In this document: in pieces, positions 1 through 8,062 of the stretch
Layout: every line of letters starts with the position of its first letter
Numbering within the stretch: the first letter of the stretch is position 1
Assembly: GCA_046583355.1 (NCBI GenBank)
Contig: JAYGCM010000026.1
Location: 1 to 17,633 of the forward strand
Direction of reading: 5' to 3'
DNA: 17,633 bases
Source: Deltaproteobacteria bacterium
GTDB lineage: Bacteria > Desulfobacterota > Binatia > UBA12015
Notes under the pieces: generated by a model
The model's input: only the letters and a program-made list of their open reading frames with translations
Databases searched by the model: none
What the model was told of the DNA's origin: nothing
Made by a program: the position numbers and the translations under genes

Positions 1-32
1 TTTCGCAAAAGCGCAACGCACCTCCCCGATGA

Positions 33-1754
33 CTAAGGCACTGCGACGGTTTCGGTGTCGCGGCCCGAGCGCAGGAGTTTTCCGGCGATGGTGCCGGTGC
101 ATTTGCCGTTGCGGATGATCTCCTGGCCGTTCACGAAGACGTGACGGATGCCCTCGGACTCCGAGAAGAGACGCTCGCAGCCGCCGGGCAGATCGGCGCG
201 GACTTTGATCGGACCCGCGGCAATGGTGGCGGGATCGAAGACGACGAGGTCGGCGTGCCAGCCGTTTTCGATACGGCCTCGTTCCTTGAGGCCGAAGAGC
301 CGTGCCGGTTTGTCGGTCATCAGGTGGACGGCCTCTTCGAGCGGGAAGATGCCACGGTCGCGGACGATATCGCCGAGGAACGCGGTCGGGTAGGAGGCGC
401 CGCACATGCGGTCGAGATGGGCACCGGCGTCGGAGCCACCGATCAGAGCGCGTTCGTCGCGCCAGACTTCGGTGCGCAATTTCCAGCTCGCCTCATCGTC
501 GTCGGGCGGCAGCGGCCAGAGGCCGGTCTCGAGCTCGTCGGCGCATACGATGTCGAAGAGTGTATCGAGCTCGCTCTGGCCACGCTCTTTGGCGATCTCC
601 TCGACCGTGCGGCCGAAGAGTCCTTCGTTTTCGGCGGCTTTGGTGTCGCCGATTACATACGCGCCCCAGCGCGCGAGTGCCGTGAGGACACCGGCCTTGG
701 GGTCGCGCGCCATCACATCCATGGCGCGGCGCGTCTCGGCCTCGCGCAGCTTGGCGATGCGCTCGGCGACCGGCAGCTGCATGATTTTTCCCCAGCCAGG
801 AATCAGGAAGAGCGCGCAATGGTCGAGGAAACTCATCTTGAGCCCACCGATGGTCGGCATGGTCAGCGCCATGATGCGTGCGCCGCGCTCTTTGGCGCGC
901 GTGCCGGCCGAGAGCTGATGCTCATGGCGCGCCTGGTTGCTGGCGCCAACGCCCATCACATTCCAGTTGATCGGTCGATTCGCCGCCAGCGACATTTCGA
1001 TCAGCAGGTCGACCTCCTTGTCGCTGAACTCGCCGAGGCAGCCATCGACGATGACCTCGAGTGCGGTGCCTTCATGGTCGCGGCAGACCGCCGCCAGGTC
1101 GATGATCTCCTGGGCCGAGGCGAAGCGTGAGGCGACGTAATTCCCGTCTCCGTCCTGGTGGGTATGGGCCTGGGTGGTCGAGAAGCCCAGGCCGCCGGCG
1201 GCGATTGCCTCGCCGAGAATCTTTTTCATCTCGTCTACCTGCTCGGCGGAGGCCTCGTTGCCGGTGGCCGAGGCGCCCATGACCAGGCGGCGGATCTGGC
1301 AATGGCCGACCAGGAATGCCGCGTTGCAGGCGATCGTGCCGTCGAGGCGGTCGAGGTATTCGCCGAAGGTCCGCCAGTTCCAGTCGATGCCTTCTTCGAG
1401 CGTCTTGAGCGGCATGCCCTCTACTTTGGCCATCATGCGGCGGGTATAGTCGGCGCCTTCGTCGCCCAGCGGCGCGAGGCCGAAGCCGCAATTGCCGCCG
1501 ATGATGGTCGTCACCCCGTGCAGCGTCGAGGGTGTGGCGAAAGGGTCCCAGAAAAGTTGGGCATCGTAATGCGTATGCGGGTCGATGAAGCCGGGCGCGA
1601 CCATGCAACCGCTCGCGTCGATCGTCTCTTTGGCTTCGTCCTGGATCTGGCCGATCTGGACGATGCGTCCGTCGGCGACACCGACATCCGCAGCGCGGGC
1701 CTTCGCGCCGCTGCCATCCACCACAAGGCCGTTTCGGATCAGAAGATCGAGCAT
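33..1754 (-). CDS. N-acyl-D-amino-acid deacylase family amidohydrolase (573 aa)
   Basis: Start reset to ATG at 1754 (MLDLLIRNGLVVDGSG, typical N-terminus). Motifs PGFIDPHTHYD (HxH), GGNCG (metal-bridging Cys), GSDAGAH (catalytic Asp), RGRIENGWHADLVVFDP, HVFVNG. The upstream extension in the ORF track overlaps the TetR gene. Confidence 0.9.
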   Translation of the reverse strand: MLDLLIRNGLVVDGSGAKARAADVGVADGRIVQIGQIQDEAKETIDASGCMVAPGFIDPHTHYDAQLFWDPFATPSTLHGVTTIIGGNCGFGLAPLGDEGADYTRRMMAKVEGMPLKTLEEGIDWNWRTFGEYLDRLDGTIACNAAFLVGHCQIRRLVMGASATGNEASAEQVDEMKKILGEAIAAGGLGFSTTQAHTHQDGDGNYVASRFASAQEIIDLAAVCRDHEGTALEVIVDGCLGEFSDKEVDLLIEMSLAANRPINWNVMGVGASNQARHEHQLSAGTRAKERGARIMALTMPTIGGLKMSFLDHCALFLIPGWGKIMQLPVAERIAKLREAETRRAMDVMARDPKAGVLTALARWGAYVIGDTKAAENEGLFGRTVEEIAKERGQSELDTLFDIVCADELETGLWPLPPDDDEASWKLRTEVWRDERALIGGSDAGAHLDRMCGASYPTAFLGDIVRDRGIFPLEEAVHLMTDKPARLFGLKERGRIENGWHADLVVFDPATIAAGPIKVRADLPGGCERLFSESEGIRHVFVNGQEIIRNGKCTGTIAGKLLRSGRDTETVAVP

Positions 1755-1794
1755 GACAAGGAGTCGAGCAAATCGACGCCTCTCTCGCCAGCAC

Positions 1795-2460
1795 TCAGCG
1801 CTTTGTGATTGCGTCGAAGACCAGGGTGATCGCGTAGTCCAGCGCTTCTTCGCGGCCGAGGTCGTCATTGCCCAGCCCCCAATCCCGTAGCGAGCCGAGA
1901 ATCGATCGCATGACGAAATTCGAGAGTGCGCGGGCGGGAATATCGTCGCGGATCTCGCCACGCGCCTGGCCGAGTTCGATCATGGGTACGAAGAGCAATT
2001 CGGGTGTCTCGACCGGGAGCCGCTCGGCATGAACGCCCATCTCGATCAGGGCGCGCCCGGTCACCTCGCGGTCCCAGCTTTTGCCGCGCACGGCGCTGGT
2101 GAGGATGGTCTCGATGACCTCGCGGAAGGTAGCGGCCTGCAGCAGGTCGGGCAGCATCTCGCGGATCTTGCGCAGGCGGCGCGTGCCGTATTCCAGCAGC
2201 AGATCTTCTTTGCGCGGGAAATAGAGGTAGAAGGTACCTTTGGAGACACCGGCCCGGGTGACGATGGCATCGACGGTGGTCGCCTCGAAGCCGTGCTCCA
2301 GGAAGAGTTCGTTGGCGGCTTCGCGGATCTTGTCGCGGGTTCGTTCGCCGCGCGGGCCGGCCGGCGGCGGCGCGTTGCGGGCAGCGGTCCCGCGCGCCGT
2401 GCGCTGCCGCGGCGAGGCCCCGCCAGCAGTGCCTGCGTTCTTCTGCCCCGATTCCGCCAT
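1795..2460 (-). CDS. TetR/AcrR family transcriptional regulator (221 aa)
   Basis: HTH segment [48 protein letters not shown]-terminal [10 protein letters not shown] typical of TetR ligand domains. Start ATG 2460 (alternative 2475). 40 nt gap to the amidohydrolase suggests co-transcription. Confidence 0.92.
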   Translation of the reverse strand: MAESGQKNAGTAGGASPRQRTARGTAARNAPPPAGPRGERTRDKIREAANELFLEHGFEATTVDAIVTRAGVSKGTFYLYFPRKEDLLLEYGTRRLRKIREMLPDLLQAATFREVIETILTSAVRGKSWDREVTGRALIEMGVHAERLPVETPELLFVPMIELGQARGEIRDDIPARALSNFVMRSILGSLRDWGLGNDDLGREEALDYAITLVFDAITKR

Positions 2461-2545
2461 GCAGTCTCTTACCATAGGGCCGCGCGATGCCACGCACGGG
2501 CCGGTGGGTGCACTTCGCGACCATCGGGTGCTAGCGGAAGGTGCC

Positions 2546-3058
2546 ATGAGCAATCCTACGGCGATTTGTGAGACGACATTGGGCACCTTCGAGGTGGAAC
2601 TCTTTCTCGAAGAGATGCCGATTACGGCACAGAATTGGCTCGATCTGGCCAAGAGCGAGTTCTATGACGGGCTGCATTTCCACCGCGTGATCAACGGGTT
2701 CATGTGTCAATTCGGCTGTCCGCATAGCCGCGACCCGAAGAGTGCACGTGCTGGCACGGGAAGCCCGCCGAGCGGCTCGATCCGTGACGAACACCCCGAC
2801 GAGCACCAGCTCTCGAACGAGCCCGGCACACTCTCGATGGCGAATTCCGGCCCCAATAGCGGCGGCTCGCAGTTCTTCCTGAACACCGCGAACAACGCCT
2901 ACCTCGATTATTTCTCGTCCGGCCCCTCGAAGCATCCGGTTTTCGGCAAGGTCGTAAAGGGCATGGACATCATCGGCCAGATCGAGAAGACCCCGACCGA
3001 TGGCGGCGACCGTCCGGTCACGCCGGTCGAAATGATCAAGATTACCGTCAACGACTGA
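2546..3058 (+). CDS. Cyclophilin-type peptidyl-prolyl cis-trans isomerase (170 aa)
   Basis: [53 protein letters not shown] 2546 with GGAAGG SD. The position matching CypA W121 is Tyr (AYLD). Confidence 0.95.
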   Translation: MSNPTAICETTLGTFEVELFLEEMPITAQNWLDLAKSEFYDGLHFHRVINGFMCQFGCPHSRDPKSARAGTGSPPSGSIRDEHPDEHQLSNEPGTLSMANSGPNSGGSQFFLNTANNAYLDYFSSGPSKHPVFGKVVKGMDIIGQIEKTPTDGGDRPVTPVEMIKITVND

Positions 3059-3069
3059 TTCTGGCGCGT

Positions 3070-3100
3070 GGGCGCGCGCGCGGATGCTGCGTGCGCGTCC
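3070..3100 (+). terminator. GC-rich 14-bp stem-loop just after the cyclophilin stop (possible U-less terminator or 3' stabiliser)
   Basis: GGGCGCGCGCGCGG-ATG-CTGCGTGCGCGTCC pairs fully using three G-U wobbles, so it pairs fully only in the + strand RNA. No U-tract follows. Confidence 0.45.
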
Positions 3101-3184
3101 CGTCCGGTGGGCCGGGAAGAGGTCCTGGGGAGCATAGGGAAATGCCCCGGGCGCCCGCTTTTGGCGCGAAAATCAGTTGCCCGA

Positions 3185-3300
3185 GCGAAGATAGTTGAAT
3201 TCGAGTTCCCTAAATCCACAGTGTTTATATTGCCTTTTACCCGGCAGCCTCGGATCTACCGATTTTAACTAGACGTTAGTCAGGTTTCTGTTATCTCTGC
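3185..3300 (+). promoter_or_regulatory. AT-rich promoter/operator region of the fab-like operon
   Basis: One of very few AT-rich stretches in the window. Imperfect palindrome TAACTA-N5-TAGTCA at 3266-3282 overlaps a weak -35-like TAGACG (3270-3275); TG-T-TATCTC at 3289-3297. Confidence 0.4.
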
Positions 3301-3336
3301 ACTGCGGGCCTGTTTCGGCCCGTCTTGAGGCAGAGA

Positions 3337-4278
3337 ATGAACAACCAGCAAGATCATTGGGCCGTCATCCTGGGTGGGTCGAGCGGCTTCGGATTGGCAA
3401 CGGCCCACAAACTTGCCGCCACCGGCATGAACCTTTTTATCGTGCATCGCGACCGTCGCGGCGCGATGCGCAGGATCCAGCCCGATTTTGACGCCCTGCG
3501 CGCCTTTGGGCCGCGCGTCGTTACCTGCAACGCCGATGCTCTCGATGCCGAGCGGCGCCAGGAGTTGGTCGCGCAACTCGGCACCGAGCTGGGTGATGCG
3601 GGCCGCGTGCGGCTGCTGCTGCATTCAGTTGCCTTCGGCAACCTCAAGCTCATCGCTCGCGAGGTGACGCAGCCTGACGACACATTGGCCAAGCTCGCTG
3701 AGTCTCTCGGTATCGACGCGGACTCGCTCGGTGCCGAGGTCGAGAAGCTGGTGGACCAGGGGCACGATAGCTTGATCGACCTCGCCGCCGCGCCCGAATA
3801 CCCCGACCATGCGGTGCTCGAGGATGAAGATTTCACCCGCACGGTTCATGCCATGGGAACCAGCCTGGTGGGTTGGGCACGGGAAATCCTGGAGGCCCGT
3901 CTCTTCGCCGACGATGCGCGCGTGATCGGCCTCACGAGTGAGGGAAATGAGGTCGCGTGGAAGGGCTATGCTGCGGTCGCGGCGGCGAAAGTCGCCCTGG
4001 AATCCGTATCGCGCTCGATGGCTGTGGAGCTCGCCCCACGTGGCATCCGCTCGAATGTGGTGCAGCCCGGGGTGACCGATACCGCGGCTCTGCAGGCGAT
4101 TCCGGGCGCACGTCATCTGCGCGCGCATGCACGCCGCCGCAACCCTTTCGGCCGCCTGACTACGCCTGAAGACGTTGCCAATGTGATCTATCTTCTGACC
4201 CGCGACGAGGCGGCCTGGATCAATGGTACGGTGCTGCGCGTCGACGGAGGCGAGCATGTCTCAGGTGGCATTGGCTGA
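3337..4278 (+). CDS. SDR-family enoyl-ACP reductase-like protein (FabL/FabI type, 313 aa)
   Basis: Rossmann motif ILGGSSGFG; catalytic Y-x6-K (YAAVAAAK) as in enoyl reductases, not the YxxxK of FabG; NVVQPGVTDT, NPFGRLTTPEDVA, WINGTVLRVDGGE. ATG 3337 with GAGG SD. Confidence 0.85.
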   Translation: MNNQQDHWAVILGGSSGFGLATAHKLAATGMNLFIVHRDRRGAMRRIQPDFDALRAFGPRVVTCNADALDAERRQELVAQLGTELGDAGRVRLLLHSVAFGNLKLIAREVTQPDDTLAKLAESLGIDADSLGAEVEKLVDQGHDSLIDLAAAPEYPDHAVLEDEDFTRTVHAMGTSLVGWAREILEARLFADDARVIGLTSEGNEVAWKGYAAVAAAKVALESVSRSMAVELAPRGIRSNVVQPGVTDTAALQAIPGARHLRAHARRRNPFGRLTTPEDVANVIYLLTRDEAAWINGTVLRVDGGEHVSGGIG

Positions 4279-5270
4279 TGTTGCATCTGCATGGCCTCGG
4301 GCATTTTCATCCCGACAATCAAATCAGCAACGCCTTTCTCGAGAGCCTGGATATCGGCACCGATGAGGCCTGGATTCTCGATCGGGTGGGCATCCGCAAC
4401 CGCTACACGGCGCTTGACCTCGACTATATTCGCTCGACCCGCAACGCGGACCCGCGCGCCGCAGCGGAAGCGGCCCAATACAGCCATGCCGAGACCGGCC
4501 GGGCGGCTGCGCTCATGGCGATCGAGCGCGCCGGGCTCACGCCTGGCGATATCGGGATGGTCGTCGCCGGCAGCTCGTTGCCCGATACGGCGGTACCGGC
4601 CGAGGCCTGCAATATCGCAGCGGCCTTGAACCTCGATGTGCCGGCCTTTGATATAAACTCGGCCTGCACCACGTTTTTCGCCGGCATCTGGACGTTAGAG
4701 CGCATGCGCCCCGAGGGTTTGCCAGAATTTATTCTGACGGTAGTGCCCGAGGCCTATACGCGCGCGATCGATTATCGGGATCGCTCCAGCGCTGTCCTGT
4801 GGGGAGACGGCACTGTGGCGGCCGTGGTAGCGCCGCGCCGTCCCGGCCGCGCCCGGATCCTGGGCCCCGAGTTGGGTTCACGCCCGTCTGGTGCGGCAAG
4901 GATCGTCGTGCCGCGCACGGGACATTTCCGCCAGGACGGCCGCGCCGTGCAGGCCTTCGCTGTGCGCAAGACGCGCGAACTCCTGGGCCGCCTGATCGAG
5001 TCCCGCGGCGATACGGCGCGGCCGCTGCATTTTGTGGGCCACCAGGCGAATCTGCGGATGCTTGAGTCGGTCTGCCGAATGGTCGGCGTCCCCGACGAAT
5101 TGCACCATAGCAATGTTGTCGAGTTTGGTAATACAGGCGGCGCATCGGCCGGTTCCGTGGTCTCGCAAGCCTGGCAGGATTTCAAAGATGGCGACGATAT
5201 CGCGATGGTCGGCGTTGGCGCCGGGCTTACTTGGGCGAGTTTCCTCCTGCGCTTTGGAGCCGACGCATGA
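4278..5270 (+). CDS. fabH: 3-oxoacyl-ACP synthase III (FabH-like, 330 aa)
   Basis: Cys-His-Asn triad DINSAC, HQAN, GNTGGAS; also WILDRVGIRNR, LWGDG and GAGLTW. TGATG overlap with the SDR. Confidence 0.92.
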   Translation: MLHLHGLGHFHPDNQISNAFLESLDIGTDEAWILDRVGIRNRYTALDLDYIRSTRNADPRAAAEAAQYSHAETGRAAALMAIERAGLTPGDIGMVVAGSSLPDTAVPAEACNIAAALNLDVPAFDINSACTTFFAGIWTLERMRPEGLPEFILTVVPEAYTRAIDYRDRSSAVLWGDGTVAAVVAPRRPGRARILGPELGSRPSGAARIVVPRTGHFRQDGRAVQAFAVRKTRELLGRLIESRGDTARPLHFVGHQANLRMLESVCRMVGVPDELHHSNVVEFGNTGGASAGSVVSQAWQDFKDGDDIAMVGVGAGLTWASFLLRFGADA

Positions 5271-5701
5271 CGCATGAAGAGATCCTCGCCGCCGTGCCGC
5301 AGCAGGCACCCTTTCGTTTCATCGACGAGATTATCCAGGTCGACGCCGATGCGATCACGGCAACCTGCCGCTTCCGTGAAGACGCGGATTTCTATAAGGG
5401 GCATTTCCCCGGCAACCCGGTGACGCCGGGTGTGTTGCTGGTCGAAGCAATGGCGCAGGCCGGTCTGGTCGCACACGCAATTTATCTTCTCAGCGATGAT
5501 CCGGGCGATATCATGCCGGTCTTCACCGAAGCCAATGTTGAATTTCTCGCCGGCGTGGCTCCGGGTGAGACGGTTCGCATTCACGCCCGCAAGCGGTTTT
5601 TTCGTATGGGCAAGCTGAGCTCGGAGGTCGAGATGTATCGTGTATCGGACGATAAGCTGGTCTGCTCCGGCACGCTCGCCGGAATGATGGTGGCGCGATG
5701 A
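5267..5701 (+). CDS. fabZ: 3-hydroxyacyl-ACP dehydratase (FabZ-like hotdog fold, 144 aa)
   Basis: PQQAPFRFID and GHFPGNPVTPGVLLVEAMAQ (His/Glu dyad). Start set at the ATGA overlap 5267-5270. Confidence 0.92.
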   Translation: MTHEEILAAVPQQAPFRFIDEIIQVDADAITATCRFREDADFYKGHFPGNPVTPGVLLVEAMAQAGLVAHAIYLLSDDPGDIMPVFTEANVEFLAGVAPGETVRIHARKRFFRMGKLSSEVEMYRVSDDKLVCSGTLAGMMVAR

Positions 5702-6978
5702 CACGGCGGGTTGTGATCACCGGGATGGGTGCTGTGGCACCGGGGTCTTTGGGTGTGGATGCCTTCCGCGAGCAGCTGCGTGCCGGGCGCTCCGGAATCC
5801 GCCACCTACCCGAGCTGGAAGAATCTGGTTTCGCCTGTCAGGTGGCCGGTGTCCCCGAGCATACCGAGGCAAAAGCGGCCGAGGTTTTCGCGCCAGACCA
5901 GATCTCGGCCATGAACTCGAACCATCGCTTTGCCAGCCTCGCTGCGATCGAAGCCTGGGAGGACGCGGGGCTCGAAGTTCCGTCAGCCGACGACGACGCA
6001 GTGGATTGGCGTAGCGGCGCGCTGGTCGGCACGGGCATCGGCGGCATGGATACTGTGGGGGAGCGGGTCGTACCGCTGACCAATGCAGGCAAGGTGCGCC
6101 GCATCGGGGCCACCGCCGTGGAGCAGGTGATGACGAGCGGAATCTCGGCACGTATCGGCGGCCTGCTCGCGCTCGGCAACCGTGTCTCGACCAATTCCAG
6201 CGCCTGCGCCACCGGCACCGAAGCAATCATCGAGGCGGCTTGGCATATTCGCGAAGGGCGCGCCGATCGCATGGTCTGCGGCGGCTCCGAGGGAGCGAGT
6301 CGCTACACTTGGGCCGGATTTGATTCGATGCGTGTGCTGGCGCGCGGCTGGAACGAGGATCCCACCGCCGCGTCCCGCCCGATGTCGGCGAGTGCGAGCG
6401 GTTTCGTGCCGGCCGCCGGTGCTGGCGTACTGATTTTGGAGAGTCTCGAGAGTGCCCGCGCGCGCGGTGCGCGGATTCGCGGCGAGTTCCTCGGTGGCGC
6501 TCTGGTCTGCGGCGGGCATCGTGGTGGTGGCAGTATGACAGCGCCCAACCCGGAGGGTGTACGGCGTTGCATCAGCGATGCGCTCGTCGATGCACAGCGG
6601 GAAGCTGTCGAGGTCGATGCGGTCAACGGCCACCTGACGGCGACGGCTGCGGATCCGCGCGAGATGCGGGCCTGGAGCGAAGCGCTCGGGCGCAAAGGGT
6701 CGGAAATGGTTCCGATCACCTCGACGAAATCCATGATCGGACATGCCTTGGGTGCCGCAGGGGGGCTCGAGGCAGTGGCGTCGATCTTGATGCTGGAAGG
6801 GGGCTTCGTGCACGCCTCGATCAATTGTACGGATGTCCATCCAGAAATTGCGCCCTTCGCGGACGCGATTCCACACGAAATGCGCGAGATGCCCGACCTA
6901 CGGGTACTCGCCAAGGCGAGCTTCGGCTTTGGCGATGTGAATGCATGCATCGTCCTGGGCCGGGCCGAAGGAGAATGA
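5698..6978 (+). CDS. fabF: Beta-ketoacyl-ACP synthase (FabF/FabB-like, 426 aa)
   Basis: RRVVITGMG; Cys-His-His triad SACATG, NGHLTAT, KSMIGHALG; C-terminal SFGFGDVN. ATGA overlap with fabZ. Confidence 0.92.
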   Translation: MTRRVVITGMGAVAPGSLGVDAFREQLRAGRSGIRHLPELEESGFACQVAGVPEHTEAKAAEVFAPDQISAMNSNHRFASLAAIEAWEDAGLEVPSADDDAVDWRSGALVGTGIGGMDTVGERVVPLTNAGKVRRIGATAVEQVMTSGISARIGGLLALGNRVSTNSSACATGTEAIIEAAWHIREGRADRMVCGGSEGASRYTWAGFDSMRVLARGWNEDPTAASRPMSASASGFVPAAGAGVLILESLESARARGARIRGEFLGGALVCGGHRGGGSMTAPNPEGVRRCISDALVDAQREAVEVDAVNGHLTATAADPREMRAWSEALGRKGSEMVPITSTKSMIGHALGAAGGLEAVASILMLEGGFVHASINCTDVHPEIAPFADAIPHEMREMPDLRVLAKASFGFGDVNACIVLGRAEGE

Positions 6979-6981
6979 AGA

Positions 6982-7233
6982 ATGACGGATCAAGATGTGA
7001 TGGCGAAGGTTGTCGAGATTCTGCGGCCTCTGGCCAAAGACGCCGATGCGCTTACGAAGGTGAATGCGGCGACGGATATCCTGTCGGACCTGAGGGTCAA
7101 CTCGGCTCGCCTGGTCGACGCGATCCTTGCCTTTGAAGACGAATTCGATATCGAAATCGCCGACGAAGATATCGATTCTGTGGCGACGGTAGGGGATGCG
7201 GTGACGCTGATCTCGACCAAATTAGCTGCTTGA
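6982..7233 (+). CDS. Acyl carrier protein (83 aa)
   Basis: Acidic small protein with DLRVNSARLVDAILAFEDEFDIEIADED and TVGDAV; the Ser of NSA is the likely phosphopantetheine site. AAGGAG SD upstream; 3 nt after the fabF stop. Confidence 0.93.
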   Translation: MTDQDVMAKVVEILRPLAKDADALTKVNAATDILSDLRVNSARLVDAILAFEDEFDIEIADEDIDSVATVGDAVTLISTKLAA

Positions 7234-7252
7234 TACGGACAGGGCCAGCAGC

Positions 7253-8062
7253 GTGAACGTTCCCGCCCCGCGTGAGCGAAGCTCTGCCGGGGCCTCGTCT
7301 GCGCGACCCAAGACCGAACTCTCTTTGCCTCTGCGTGACCGCATTGCTCTGCTGGTGCAGCGTGAGCTTGGTCGCGTGACGGCTCTCGTCTGGGTGCCGC
7401 TTGCGGTCGCCGTGATGCGTATTGGCTATGGCTGGCGGATCCGCGACTTGCAGGCGGCCCGCGCGGCTTTCCGCGCCGCCCGGAGGGAGGGCGGGCCCCT
7501 CTTGGTTTGTGCGAATCACCTGACGATGGTGGATTCCCTGGTCGTGGCCTGGGCGCTGGCGGGGCCGCTCACGCATCTCGTCCGTTTCTCGGGCCTTCCT
7601 TGGAATCTGCCGGAGCGAGCGAATTTTGCCGCCTCGCCTCTGGCACGTGTGCTGGCGTTCTTCTCCAAATGTTTGCCGATTTCGCGTGGCACGGACCGGC
7701 GCGAGAGCGCACGCGTAGTCGCGCGCGCCGCCTGGCTTGTGGCGCGCGGCGAGGCGGTGCTGGTGTTTCCCGAAGGTGGTCGCTCGCGAACCGGCCGGGT
7801 CGACCCGGAGAACGCGGCCCACGGTGTCGGGCGCCTGGTTGGTCAGGTGGAGGGTTGCCGTGTTTTCTGCGTCTATCTGCGCGGCGAATCGCAGGTGGAG
7901 ATGAGCTCGCTGCCGGCACGAGGGGAGACCTTCCGGGTGCGTACCGAGCTCATCGAGCCACGTTCGGCCGCCCGCGGCGTGCGCCGATCGCTGGATCTCG
8001 CCTCGCAGATCGTCTACCGCTTGGCGGAGTTGGAGCGCATGACTCTCGAGGAGATGAGATGA
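7253..8062 (+). CDS. PlsC/LPLAT-family acyltransferase (269 aa)
   Basis: NHLTMVD (HX4D), FPEGGRS (FPEGTRS block), hydrophobic N-terminal segment VTALVWVPLAVAVM. The GTG start is uncertain. Confidence 0.85.
   Translation: MNVPAPRERSSAGASSARPKTELSLPLRDRIALLVQRELGRVTALVWVPLAVAVMRIGYGWRIRDLQAARAAFRAARREGGPLLVCANHLTMVDSLVVAWALAGPLTHLVRFSGLPWNLPERANFAASPLARVLAFFSKCLPISRGTDRRESARVVARAAWLVARGEAVLVFPEGGRSRTGRVDPENAAHGVGRLVGQVEGCRVFCVYLRGESQVEMSSLPARGETFRVRTELIEPRSAARGVRRSLDLASQIVYRLAELERMTLEEMR

Noticed and set aside
1755..1961. N-terminal extension of the amidohydrolase in the ORF track (also those of TetR to 2652 and the cyclophilin from 2240)
   Set aside because: These overlap neighbouring genes, and family-typical N-termini begin at 1754, 2460 and 2546.
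3161..3180. TTGGCGCG...TTGC resembling a sigma54 promoter
   Set aside because: GG-to-GC spacing is 14 nt, not the required 10.
7507..8058. 184-aa N-terminal extension of the PPTase ORF (7507..8733) as a fusion or overlapping gene
   Set aside because: It lies out of frame inside the acyltransferase and is low-complexity Gly/Arg/Ala. The PPTase motif begins exactly at the SD-preceded ATGA at 8059.
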